Shown here piece after piece: positions 12,039 to 23,000 of a stretch of 64,000 nt of DNA. Source of the stretch: Mobula hypostoma (Eukaryota); contig NC_086097.1 in NCBI RefSeq assembly GCF_963921235.1, positions 250,544,001 through 250,608,000 of the forward strand. The letters are read 5' to 3'. A program made the translations under genes and the position numbers. Under the pieces are notes generated by a model that saw only the letters and a list, made by a program, of their open reading frames with translations, was not told the DNA's origin and searched no databases. How positions within the stretch are numbered: the first letter of the stretch is position 1; every line of letters begins with the position of its first letter.

Positions 12039-12728
12039 TATACTTATTATTGAGGAATGGCTACACGTAGGCTGTGCATTTCCCGTCTTTCTCCTGACAG
12101 TCACCCAGTTAACTGTCTCCTGCAACCCAGGGGTGACTACCTCCCTGTAGCTCCTGTCTATCACCTCCCATTCTCCCGTATGAGTCAAAGATCATCGAGC
12201 TGCAGCTCCTGTTCCTTAATAGATTCTTTCAGGAGCTGCACCTGGTGCAGATGTGTTTATCTGGGAGACTAGAGGTCTCCCAGACTTCCCACCTCCCACA
12301 CAGAGAGTACAAAACATTGTCCCTGCAGCCGTTCTCACTGTACTAAGCTCCAATAGATGAGGAATGAGCAGATAAGAACAGAGAGAGAGTAACTGACAAG
12401 ACAAACTGCTCCACCCAAGCCTGATGAGCCAAAGCCGCTCTAAACACTGGATCACTCAAAGGAATGGCCGCTCCTCTTGCACTCGTGTTATTTTTATTGG
12501 CCCTTTCTAATGAATCCCTCTTGCTGATTGGTCACTGCTCAAATCAGAAAAATCTTCGCGAAACTCTGACTTCAAAATCTTGATCGCTGTCCTGATTAAA
12601 AAGTCGCTCTTTTCACGCACCCCTGGTGAGGATTGTCCAACTCCAATAATAATTGGTCATATATGATATTATAATAAAATATACTTTAATAAGAGATAAG
12701 TATGTAAAGCATGCTTCATTAATGTTAT

Positions 12729-13612
12729 AGCCGAGGGTGGTAATGGGGACAAGCTCCCACTACCTATTAAATGCTCCCAATGGTGTGCATCTCAAATGGC
12801 CTCTGACAACTAAGTCCAGCTCCTGGCCTTCATGTGTGGCTTAACTACTAAGCCCAGTGGAACTGTTTCTACTGACTAGACAAGGGGAAAAGGCAGGTTA
12901 TTGGCACCTTACAACCAGTCGCTTCAGGCAAATGGGGGGGGGGCTCATAATCCATGGTTGGCAGCTCATTCTTGAGAAGGAAAAACCTTGTTCTCAAACC
13001 ACTACTGCCTTTCAGCTGTACCCATTCGTCTGGAAGGCTTTGAAAGTAAACCCTGAGAAAAATTCCAGAGCTGGGGTCCCTCAAACAGTCCTATGTTGAG
13101 TTCAACGCTGACTGGCAACTCCTGCGATGCCACTGGTGCCAAACTGTATCTGTCCTTTGGATTCATCGACTATGTGGAGAGGAGGAGCTTGAAACATGGG
13201 CAACAGCTTGCTCTCCATATTGTCGTGCCTAGTTGTGTTGGCGCATGGCCAAGTGGTTAAGGCGTCGGTCTAGTGACCTGAAGGTCGCTAGTTCGAGCCT
13301 CAGCTGAGGCAGCGTGTTGTGTCCTTGAGCAAGGCAGTTAACCGCACATTGGTCTGCAATGACACCAGTGCCAAGCTGTATTGGCCCTAGTGCCCTTCCC
13401 TTGGACAACATCGGTGGCATGGAGAGGGGAGACTTGCAGCATGGGCAACTGGCGGTCTTCCATACAACCTTGCCCAGGCCTGCGCCCTGGAAACCTTCCA
13501 AGGCGCAAATCCATGGTCTCACAAGACTAACGGATGCCTATATAAGGCTTGAGTATCACGTAGACAGCTGCGATGCAACATTCATGGTCAACCCCAACTA
13601 ACAGAGGCCACA
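12729..13612 (+). mobile_element. Non-coding repeat, probably a non-autonomous RTE-derived element, interrupted by a SINE
   Basis: Homologous to 14620-14975 (+) and 17585-18830 (-). Contains GAGAAGGAAAA(A)C motif resembling RTE 5' UTRs. 20-bp direct repeat ATATTATAATAAAATATACT at 12666-12685 and 13617-13636. Confidence 0.55.
13239..13541 (+). mobile_element. tRNA-headed SINE (same family as 11724)
   Basis: TGGCCAAGTGG A box, AGTTCGAGCC B box, shared body and GACTAACGGATGCC end. Confidence 0.9.
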
Positions 13613-13715
13613 GATTATATTATAATAAAATATACTATAGATTATAATGCAAGTATATTCTACATGATTATAAGTATATATAATATGTTATTATATTGTA
13701 ATAAATATATGATTA

Positions 13716-14183
13716 CCTGACGGCATGAACATTGACTTCTCAAACTTCTGCTAATGCCCCACCTGCCCCTCGTATCCCATCCGTTATTTATTTATATACA
13801 TACATTCTTTCTCTCTCTCTCTTTTTTCTCCCTCTGTCCCTCTGACTATACCCCTCGCCCATCCTCTGGGCTTCCTCCCTCCCCCTTTCTTTCTCCCTGG
13901 GCCTCCTGTCCCATGATCCTCTCATATCCCTTTGCCAATCACCTGTCCAGCTCTTGGCTCCATCCCTCCCCCTCCTGTCTTCTCCTATCATTTTGGATCT
14001 CCCCCCCGCCCCCCCACTTTCATATCTCTTACTAACTCTTCCTTCAGTTAGTCCTGACGAAGGGTCTTGGCCCGAAACGTTAACTGTACCTCTTCCTAGA
14101 GATGCTGCCTGGCCTGTTGCATTCACCAGCAACTTTTATGTGTGTTGCTTGAAATTTCAGCATCTGCAGATTTCCTCGTGTTT
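13716..14183 (+). mobile_element. Penelope-like 3' fragment with hammerhead motif at 14050-14085
   Basis: Matches 9202-9667; core CTGACGA AGGGTCTTGGCCC GAAA CGTT. Confidence 0.9.
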
Positions 14184-14619
14184 ACATATTTTTCTTGTTA
14201 TAATTTATAGTATATTTTATGTACTACACTGTACCACTGCTGCAAAGCAATGAATTTCATAATCTCTGTCAGTGATAATGAACCTGATTCAGATTCTGAT
14301 CATACGAGTTTTGAAAAGGTTGCAACTTCTATTTGTCTGGTATGTGACTCATTCCCTGTTATCATTTCCTGCTTTAACATGTACTACAACACATTCTTGT
14401 AAACTAATCCTGCATATATCTTTAGAGTGCCTAGCTGAGCAACCTGTTATTACTCATCAGCTAGTTACTGTTAGCAACACACTTGAAAAGCAAATTCCAA
14501 ATTGCTCTTTAAAGTTGCACCCAAGTAAAAAAATAGACATCCAGATCCTCTTCACGACATTTATTACATTTTGCTATATAAATTCTAGTATTCTTTAAAT
14601 CTGGTTGGTGTAGAGGACC

Positions 14620-14975
14620 AGGCAAATGAGGTTTGGCAGCTCATCTACGAAGAGGAAAACTCTGACTTCAAATCTCCACTGCCTTGCAGCTATTCCCACT
14701 CATGGGGAAGGCTTCTGGAGTAAACCTTGAGGGAAAAATCAGGAACCGAAGTCCTTAAGGCAGCCCTACATTGAGTTCAACGCTGACTGGCAACTCCTGC
14801 GATGCTGCTCATGCCAAATTGTATCAGTCTCTGCCGTTCCTTTGGGTTCATTGGCTGCGTGGCGAGGGGGGAGTCTGCTACATGAGCAACAGCTCGCTTT
14901 CCATATGGTACTGCCCTGGCTTGTGTATCATGTAGATAGTTGGGACTCAACGTATGCGCTTGTCCCTGACCTACG
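14620..14975 (+). mobile_element. Partial copy of the RTE-derived non-coding repeat
   Basis: Shares GAGTTCAACGCTGACTGGCAACTCCTGCGATGC and flanking sequence with 13097-13130. Confidence 0.6.
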
Positions 14976-14984
14976 CAAGCCCTC

Positions 14985-15716
14985 TTCCATATGTCAAGAA
15001 ACTTGTTGTTTAGTAGCAGTAATGCAGTGCACTACATAACAGGTACTCTAAATTACACAGTGGTGCAAAGATAGTGAGATATTGTTCATAGGTTCATGGT
15101 CCATTCAGAAAGCTGATGGTGGAGGAAAGAAGCTGTTCCTGAAATGTTAAGTGAACTTCAGGATCCTGACGCAGGGTCTCGGCCTGAAACGTCGACTGCG
15201 CCTCTTCCTATAGATGCTGCCTGGCCTGCTGCGTTCACCAGCAACTTTGATGTATGTTTCAGGATCCTGTACCTCCTCCCTGATGGTACCAATGAGAAAA
15301 GGACATGTCCCACTCATGAGGAAGGCTTCTGGAGTGATGGAGGTCTTTAATGATGAACGCTGCCTCCTTAAGGCATCACCTTTTGATGATGTCCTCGATA
15401 CAAGTGCACGTGATGAAGCTGGCTAAATTTACAACCCTCTGCAGCTTTTTGTGATCCTGTGCAGTGACCCCTCCATACCAGATGGTGATGAAACCAGCCA
15501 GAATGCTCTCCACAGTACTTCTGTAGAAATTCACTGGCATCTTTGGAGACATACCAACAATGTGTTGGGCCCAGGATAGATCCTCAGTGACGTTGACACC
15601 CAGGAACTTTGAACTGGTCACCCTTTCCACTGCCTGTCCCTCGATGAGGACTGGAGCACATTCCCTTGACTTCCCCTTCACGAAGTCCACAATAAATTCC
15701 TTGGTCTGTCTGATAA
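14985..15716 (-). mobile_element. Rex1/Babar LINE RT C-terminal fragment
   Basis: ORF 15376-15690: DFVKGK..ERVTSSKFLGV..FYRSTVESILAGFITIWYG..KKLQRVV. Confidence 0.8.
15169..15257 (+). mobile_element. 89-bp Penelope-derived insert starting inside the hammerhead core, 12-bp TSD
   Basis: TSD TTCAGGATCCTG at 15157-15168 and 15258-15269; insert matches 9542-9631. Confidence 0.85.
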
Positions 15717-15724
15717 GGTTAGAT

Positions 15725-16956
15725 CAGGGGTCCCCAACCTTTTTTGCAACGCGGACCAGTTTATTATTGACAATATTCTTGCGGACCGGCCGACCCGGGG
15801 AGGTGGGGAGGGGGGGGGTAGGGTTGCAAATGGACAAGAGTAGCAGTCAAATACGTTGTGTTTATACCGAGAAAGACTACAATGACCATGAAGCCTTGCA
15901 CGGGCACCTGTGTGCACATGCGTGTATGTGCCGATTTTTTTCTACAAAACGTTTTTGGCGATTCTGTATGGCGGTATTGGCGGGGGGGGGGGTGTTAATC
16001 ACGACCGGAATATAGGTGATAAGTGCTAATACATTCAATTTCGTTTCTAAAAGGGTTTATCTAATGAATTTAATTCACACAGCACATATTTTCCTCACAT
16101 GAACACAGTGAAAAGTCAATTATCAGGGGAGGACAGGGGAGCTTGAAGTAATTGTTGAACGAACTTCCAGTAGAAGTGGTAGAGGCAGGTTTGATATTAT
16201 CATTTAAAGAAAAATTGGATAGGTATATGGACAGGACAGGAAAGGAATGGAGGGTTATGGGCTGAGTGCAGGTCGGTGGGACTAGGTGAGAGTAACGTTC
16301 GGCACGGACTAGAAGGGCCAAGATGGCGTGTTTCCATACTGTAATTGTTATATGGTTATATAAGTCACTTATAAGTCAATAGCATCATAACATTTTAAGT
16401 GACGTTTGGATATTAAACACACAGCACATATTTTCCCCGTATGAACGTATAAAATCATTGCAACACACCAACATCACTGAATCAGTGGGAGCCCTGGGCT
16501 TGTTTCCCTGCAACAACACGGTCCCATCGAGGGGTGATGGGAGACAGCGATACTTGAAGGGGGTTCCTTATGTCCACTCTATTCCGCAATTTAGTTTTCG
16601 TTGCATTCATTGCAGAGATATGTTGGAAATGGAAGCAACATTTTCAGTGCTTCCGTGGCTATCTCAGGATATTTAGCCTTGACTTTGATCCGGAATGCCG
16701 GCAGAGATGTTATGTCAAACATACTTTTCAGCCCGTCGTCATTTGCAAGCTCGAGGAGTTGATCTCCTTCCTGCGCTGACATGGATGACGCGCGGGTAAT
16801 GACCTCACGTGTGTTCAAGCTCAACAGTGGGCGTGACAGGGAATGAGGAAAGGTGTAGCTGACTCATATCGCCAAATCATATTGTTTCCTCGCGGCCCGG
16901 TAGCACATGCTTTGTGGCCCGGTACCGGTCCGCGGCCCAGTTGTTGGGGACCGCTG
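15725..16956 (-). mobile_element. Non-autonomous hAT (Charlie/Buster-type) DNA transposon, 1232 bp
   Basis: TIRs CAGGGGTCCCCAAC / GTTGGGGACCGCTG; 8-bp TSD GGTTAGAT at 15717-15724 and 16957-16964; transposase C-terminal remnant (KYPEIATEALKMLLPFPTYLC). Confidence 0.95.
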
Positions 16957-17584
16957 GGTTAGATCACTCAACCAGCTGATCTGTCGTGCTCCTGTACCCC
17001 CTCTCCCCGCCATGATCAGCCATGATCACAGTGAATGGTGGTGCTGGCTCGAAGGGCTGAATGGCCTACTCCTGCACCTATTGTCTATTGTCTATTGTAA
17101 TATAATTTGTTATGCTTTGACTCTAAAACTGGATCAGGCTTGTAGTTATAGTCGGGTAAGATTTCTTTTATGAGTTTGTATCTTTTATTTTTCATTTTCC
17201 ACTTGGTTCTTCCTCCAGCATTTTGTGTGTGTTGTTCTGATTTGAAAAATCATTTGAATGTCAGTGATGTGTAAACATGGTAATTTCTTTACTCTCAAAC
17301 ATTTTTAGCTACAATCTACACAACCGACCGAAAGATGTCACTTCTAAAATTAGATAGGGGTTGATGTCATTGTTATTGTTGGGAAAAGGTAGTCCAGCCA
17401 ACTTTTGTTTGGATTTGAAACACTGTTTATGATGGATAAATCATAGATTCTTTCAAGGGTTTCCAAAGTTCTAGAAATGTTTTGTTTTAAGCAAGTAGTG
17501 AAGTAACTGTCTGAAGAGAGAAAAGATTAAAAGATTAGCTTTATTTGTCATGAGAGAGAGGGAGAGAGAGAAAGCGGGAGTGGG

Positions 17585-18830
17585 AGAGGTCCTCCCTTGG
17601 TCGAGGTGGACCATGGATGTTGTAAGCCAGCTGTCTACATGGTACACTAGCCGGGGCTGTACAGTATGGAGAGCAAGCTGTTGCCCGTGCAGGAGGCTCC
17701 CCCTCTCCACGTGGCTAATGAATCCAAAGGAACAGTAGAGACCGATACAGTTTGGCACCAGTGGCGTTGCTGGAATTGCCGACCAGCGTTGAACTCAATG
17801 TTGGACTGCCTTAGGGACTCCAGCTCTGGATTTTTCCCCCGGGGTTTACCTCTGAATGAGTGGGTGTAGCCGCGAGGCACTGAAGGTTTGAGCTTAGAGT
17901 TCTCCTTCTCCTGGATGAGCTGCCAACCACAGCAGACAAGCCCTATCTGCCTGAAGTGACTGGTTTTAAGGCGCCAGTAGCTTGCCTTTGCCCCTTCTCC
18001 TGTCAGTAGAAATGGTTCTGCCAGGCTTAGAAGCTAAGCCACACAAGAAGACTAGGAGCTGGTCTTGGTTGTCAGAGCTTATTTGAGATGGACACCATTG
18101 GGAGCATTTGAGTTGGACACCATTGGAAGATGGCGGCGCGACACAGCGCGCGCAGCCTCTCCGGTGATGAATATCTGTTATCTGTCAAGTAGGATGCCGT
18201 GCACAATTCTGATTTGATGGAGGCAGACGTGAGAGCACGGAGGAACATCTGGTAAAACTTCTGAAATGACTGTTTCATTGCTGCCGCTACTGTGTGATCC
18301 GAAATCTCCAGAGGGGAAGGCCCCGAATCCTCGGCTTTGCCTGTTGCTCGGCAGCTGGGGCCGGGGTCAAAATGCTCGGCAGAGATGGTGCTCGGTGCTC
18401 GGTGTCGGAGGCTCGAAGTTTTCGGACAGACTCAGAGTCGGACTGTGGTCGGGTGCTTCCAGGATGCTGCATCAGCAAATTTGCGGTGCTGGAGGCTCAT
18501 GGCAGGGGGAGTTTCTCTCTTCTACCATCTGCGTGAGATGTTGGGGCTATCGGGGCTTTGAGACTTTTTTTTTACCGTGCCCATGGTCTGCTCTTTATCA
18601 AATTATGGTATTGCTTTGCACTGTTGTAACTATATGTTATAATCATGTGATTTTTGTCAGTTTTAGTCTTGGTCTGTATTGTGTTTCTGTGATATCATGC
18701 TGGAGGAAAATTGTATCATTTTTTAATGCATGCATTTCTAAATGACAATAAACGAGGACTGAGTGTCCTCATAATCTAATCTAATAGGTAGTGCGAGCTT
18801 GATCCCACTACCTCCCCCGGCTTTGACAAC
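17585..18830 (-). mobile_element. RTE-derived non-coding repeat, interrupted at ~18110-18783
   Basis: Reverse complement of 12729-13600; its 5' end resumes at 18784 (ATAGGTAGTG...). Confidence 0.6.
18127..18783 (+). mobile_element. ~660-bp non-coding retroposon starting AAGATGGCGG, with (TCTAA)n tail
   Basis: Second copy at 58895-59577 (-) with the same start and end; AATAAA followed by a TAATCTAATCTAAT tail. Confidence 0.75.
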
Positions 18831-18844
18831 TTAAGGAACTTTGT

Positions 18845-19110
18845 CACAAGAACATCGAAAAATATGATGAGATGTTGTTTTGTGTTAACGACAAACACAG
18901 GCCGAGGATGTGCTGGGAGCAGACCACAACTGTCGCCTCGTTTCTGTCACCAGCAGAGCATGCCCACAACTTACTAATTCTAAGCTTTACGTCTTTGAGG
19001 CGCGGGCTGGAGCCAGAGCTCCGGGAGGAGACCCATGTAGTCACAGGTGGGACATGACAGCGGCGGGAATTGAATCCAGATAACTGTGCAGTGAAAGCGC
19101 CACGCTAGCT
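18845..19110 (-). mobile_element. Degenerate V-domain SINE
   Basis: GGAGCCAGAGCTCCGGGAGGAGACCCATG is a decayed version of the V core seen at 34861-34930. Confidence 0.5.
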
Positions 19111-19422
19111 GCTGCATTAGAAAATAGGGGCACACACACTGAAGTAGACAATTTTGACCAGGCTGTGTAATTGGCCGCGTGTAACTCCTTATGGACAGCA
19201 GCAGGAACTGAACCCTGGTCGGAGATCACTGGCACTGTAAAGATTGGTGCTAAATTAGTCTGGAATCCAGTGCTCACATCTGAATTGAACAGTGACTTAG
19301 AAAAGATGACGATCTCTCCTCGTTAATGAAGTCTATAAAAATACTAAGCCGTCTGCCAATATTCCAAATGAGCTCATGCTTTTATGTTTCCAGGTAAAAG
19401 GATTATAGTAAGGTCAAGGACT

Positions 19423-21422
19423 GCATACAAATTAGCCAGAGAAAGTGGCTCACCTGAGGACTGGGAGAAATTCAGAGTTCAGCAGAGGAGGACAAAGGGC
19501 TTAATTAGGAAGGGGGAAAAAAAGATTATGAGAGAAAACTGGCAGGGAACATAAAAACGGAATGTAAAAGCTTTTATAGGTATGTAAAAAGGAAAAGACT
19601 AGTAAAGACAAATGTAGGTCCCCTGCAGACAGAAACAGGTGAATTGATTATGGGGAGCAAGGACATGGCAGACTAATTGAATAATTACTTTGGTTCTGTC
19701 TTCACTAAGGAGGACATAAATAATCTTCCAGAAATAGTAGGGGACAGAGGGTCCAGTGAGATGGAGGAACTGAGGGAAATACATGTTAGTAGGGAAGTGG
19801 TGTTAGGTAAATTGAAGGGATTAAAGGCAGATAAATCCCCAGGGCCAGATGGTCTGCATCCTAGAGTGCTTAAGGAAGTAGCCCAAGAAATAGTGGATGC
19901 GTTAGTGATAATTTTTCAAAACTCGTTAGATTCTGGACTAGTTCCTGAGGATTGGAGGGTGGCTAATGTAACCCCACTTTTTAAAAAAGGAGAGAGAGAG
20001 AAACTGGGGAATTATAGACCGGTTAGCCTAACGTCGGTGGTGGGGAAACTGCTGGAGTCAGTTATCAAGGATGTGATAACAGCACATTTGGAAAGCAGTG
20101 AAATCATCGGACAAAGTCAGCATGGATTTGTGAAAGGAAAATCATGTCTGACGAATCTCATAGGATTTTTTGAGGATGTAACTAGTAGAGTGGATAGGGG
20201 AGAACCAGTGGATGTGGTATATTTGGATTTTCAAAAGGCTTTTGACAAGGTCCCACACAGGAGATTAGTGTGCAAACTTAGAGCACACGGTATTGGGGGT
20301 AAGGTATTAGTGTGGGTGGAGAATTGGTTAGCAGACAGGAAGCAAAGAGTGGGAATAAACGGGACCTTTTCAGAATGGCAGGCGGTGACTAGTGGGGTAC
20401 CGCAAGGCTCAGTGCTGGGACCCCAGTTGTTTACAATATATATTAATGACTTGGATGAGGGAATTGAAAGCAGCATCTCCAAGTTTGTGGATGACATGAA
20501 GCTGGGTGGCAGTGTAAGCTGTGAGGAGGATGCTAAGAGGATGCAGGGTGACTTGGATAGGTTGGGTGGGTGGGCAAATTCATGGCAGATGCAATTTAAT
20601 GTGGATAAATGTGAAGTTATCCACTTTGGTGGCAAAAATGGGAAAACAGATTATTATCTGAATGGTGGCCGATTAGGAAAAAGGGAGGTGCAACGAGACC
20701 TGGGTGTCATTATACACCAGTCATTGAAAGTGGGCATGCAGGTACAGCAGGCAGTGAAAAAGGCGAATGGTATGCTGGCATTTATAGCGAGAGGATTCGA
20801 GTACAGGAGCAGGGAGGTACTACTGCAGTTGTACAAGGCCTTGGTGAGACCACACCTGGAGTATTGTGTGCAGTTTTGGTCCCCTAATGTGAGGAAAGAC
20901 ATCCTTGCCATAGAGAGAGTACAAAGAAGGTTCACCAGATTGATTCCTGAGATGGCAGGACTTTCATATGAAGAAAGACTGGATGAACTGGGCTTGTACT
21001 CGTTGGAATTTAGAAGATTGAGGGGGGATCTGATTGAAACGTATAAAATCCTAAAGGGATTGGACAGGCTAGATGCAGGAAGATTGTTCCCGATGTTGGG
21101 GAAGTCCAGAACGAGGGGCCACAGTTTGGGGATAGAGGGGAAGCCTTTTAGGACCGAGATTAGGAAAAACTTCTTCACACAGAGAGTGGTGAATCTGTGG
21201 AATTCTCTGCCACAGGAAACAGTTGAGGCCAGTTCATTGGCTATATTTAAGAGGGAGTCAGATATGGCCCTTGTGGCTACGGGGGTCAGGGGGTGTGGAG
21301 GGAAGGCTGGGGTGGGGTTCTGAGTTGGATGATCAGCCATGATCATAATAAATGGCGGTGCAGGCTTGAAGGGCCGAATGGCCTACTCCTGCACCTATTT
21401 TCTATGTTTCTATGTTTCTATG
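19423..21422 (+). mobile_element. Young 5'-truncated CR1 LINE (same subfamily as 1-2025 and 39609-40480)
   Basis: Near-identical to 1-2025; TTTCTATG x3 tail. Confidence 0.97.
19677..21323 (+). CDS. CR1 ORF2 reverse transcriptase domain, 548-aa open frame without endonuclease (partial)
   Basis: Complete RT motifs; the catalytic motif reads FVDD rather than FADD; frameshift upstream near 19515. Confidence 0.75.
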   Translation: MNNYFGSVFTKEDINNLPEIVGDRGSSEMEELREIHVSREVVLGKLKGLKADKSPGPDGLHPRVLKEVAQEIVDALVIIFQNSLDSGLVPEDWRVANVTPLFKKGEREKLGNYRPVSLTSVVGKLLESVIKDVITAHLESSEIIGQSQHGFVKGKSCLTNLIGFFEDVTSRVDRGEPVDVVYLDFQKAFDKVPHRRLVCKLRAHGIGGKVLVWVENWLADRKQRVGINGTFSEWQAVTSGVPQGSVLGPQLFTIYINDLDEGIESSISKFVDDMKLGGSVSCEEDAKRMQGDLDRLGGWANSWQMQFNVDKCEVIHFGGKNGKTDYYLNGGRLGKREVQRDLGVIIHQSLKVGMQVQQAVKKANGMLAFIARGFEYRSREVLLQLYKALVRPHLEYCVQFWSPNVRKDILAIERVQRRFTRLIPEMAGLSYEERLDELGLYSLEFRRLRGDLIETYKILKGLDRLDAGRLFPMLGKSRTRGHSLGIEGKPFRTEIRKNFFTQRVVNLWNSLPQETVEASSLAIFKRESDMALVATGVRGCGGKAGVGF

Positions 21423-22005
21423 TCTGCTCCATCCTCCAAAAGTAGATCTTCCTGGTGGCCAAATGTTTCAATTCCCATTCCCATTCCCATTCCAACGTGT
21501 CGGTCCATGGCCTCCTCTTGTGCCAAGATGAGGCCTCTCTCAAGTTGGAGGAGCAACACCTTATATTCCGTCTTGTAGTTTCCAACCTGATGGCATGAAT
21601 ATCGATTTCTTCTTCAGATAAAAGAAAATCCCTCCTGCCTTCCCTCTTCTTCTATTTTCCACCCTGGCTTCTTACCTCTTCTCGCCTACCTATCACCTCC
21701 CCCTGTGTTCCTCCTACGCTTTCTCCTATAGTCTACTCTCCTCTCCAATCAGATTCCTTCCTCTCCGGCCCTTTACCTTTCTCATTCACCTGGCTTCACC
21801 TATCATCTTCTAGCTATTCTCCTTCCCCTTCCTCCAGCTTTTTATTCTGGCATCTTCTCCTTCCTTCTCAGTCCCGAAGAAGGGTTTTGGCCCAAAACAT
21901 TGACTGTTTGTTCAGTTCCATAGAGGCTGCCTGACCTGCTGAGTTCCTCCAGCATTTTGTGTGTGTTGCTCTGGATTTCCAGCACCTGTAGATTTTCTCA
22001 TGTTT
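21423..22005 (+). mobile_element. Older Penelope-like 3' fragment with decayed hammerhead (~21870-21905)
   Basis: Diverged match to 9040-9667 (GGAGGAGCAACACCTTATATTCCG...CAACCTGATGGCATGAA). Confidence 0.85.
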
Positions 22006-22259
22006 ATAGTAAGATAATATCCGGTTTCAGATGTTTTATTCAAAACAGTTTTTAAAGAATGGAACAATAATGTGGATGATTTGGCTTTCATCCAGGGCAG
22101 GTGGGACTTGTACAAGAAATACAGGTTACACCTAAACTGGTGGGCAACGAAAATCCTCATGGGGAGGATAGTTTCTGACATGTGGGCAGGTTTAAACTAA
22201 GTGGGCAGAAGATGGGGCCAGACCAGCATAAGACCATGAGATATTTATCTAGCAATACT

Positions 22260-22545
22260 GCCTGGAGTAAACCCTGCTGGTGCTTCGAATCATGCTGCCC
22301 CAGAGGCTCGTGACAAATCTGACTAACCCCAACTTAACCATAGGACAGTTTACAATGACCAATATACCTACCTGGTACGTCTTTGGCCTGTGGGATGAAA
22401 CCGGAGCACCCAGGGAAAACTCACGCGTTCCGCGGTGAGGACGTGTGGAGACACCTTACAGAGAGGTGCTGGAACTTAACTCCGAAGCCTGGAATGTCCC
22501 AAGTTGTAATAGAGCCGTGCCAGTCGCTACGCTATTGTGGTGTCC
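22260..22545 (-). mobile_element. V-domain SINE
   Basis: TGTGGGATGAAACCGGAGCACCCAGGGAAAACTCACGC core. Confidence 0.65.
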
Positions 22546-23000
22546 ATAGGAGCAGAATTAGGCCATTCAGCCCATCATGACTGCTCTGCCATTCCATCAT
22601 GGCTGATTTATCGTCCCTCTCAACCTCACTTTCCTGCCTTCTCCCCGTGCCTTATGCCCTGACTTATTAAGAATATATCAACCTCCACCTTGTATATACC
22701 CAGTGACCTGGCCTCCACAACCGTCTGTGGCAATGGCCACAGATTCACCACTCTCTGGCTATAGAGACCTCCTTGTATTCTGAGGCTGTGCCCTCTGGTC
22801 CTAGACTGCCCCACCATGGGAAACATCCTCTTCACATCCATTCTATGTAGATCTTTCAACCTTCGATGGGTTTCAATGAGACCCTCCTCCTCCCCATTCT
22901 TCTAAACTCCAGCGAATACAGGCTTAGAGCCATCCAGCACTCCCCCTGTGTTAACTCCTTCATTGCCAAGATCATTCTCACGAGCCCTCTCTGGATCCTC
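22546..23000 (-). mobile_element. CR1 3' fragment
   Basis: RMFPMVGQSRTRGHSLRI..SQRVVNLW in ORF 22626-22859. Confidence 0.85.

Larger units (their letters stand above)
3248..12620 (-). mobile_element. Ancient near full-length CR1 LINE (5' UTR, ORF1 esterase, ORF2 APE-RT, 3' tail) fragmented by six nested insertions
   Basis: Collinear pieces: ORF1 SGNH-esterase-like remnants at 11323-11550 (MVCC..IRDVSDR, ISGVLPVPRAS, LRNWCRGQGFTFMDHWNLF), APE region ~10200-11050, 9682-9940, 7770-7883, 5760-5989 (KSLGPDDVHPRILNE), 4452-4800, RT KFADD at 3790-4167, and tail near 3250. Confidence 0.8.

Noticed and set aside
12790..12885. Possible HDV-like ribozyme in the RTE-derived repeat (CTCCTG...CTGA-CAGGAG pairing in the 17995-18060 copy; TTCATGT loop-like motif)
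   Set aside because: P2- and J4/2-like pieces are present, but I could not place P1 or P1.1. A family consensus and a structure-descriptor search are needed.
19677..21323. Retron or other novel RT system
   Set aside because: The motifs, C-terminus and tail are ordinary CR1 ORF2, with many truncated sister copies.
20654..21346. 230-aa minus-strand ORF and similar ORFs (6116-6754, 7398-7961, 8345-8917)
   Set aside because: Antisense or alternate-frame shadows of CR1 or PLE coding sequence.
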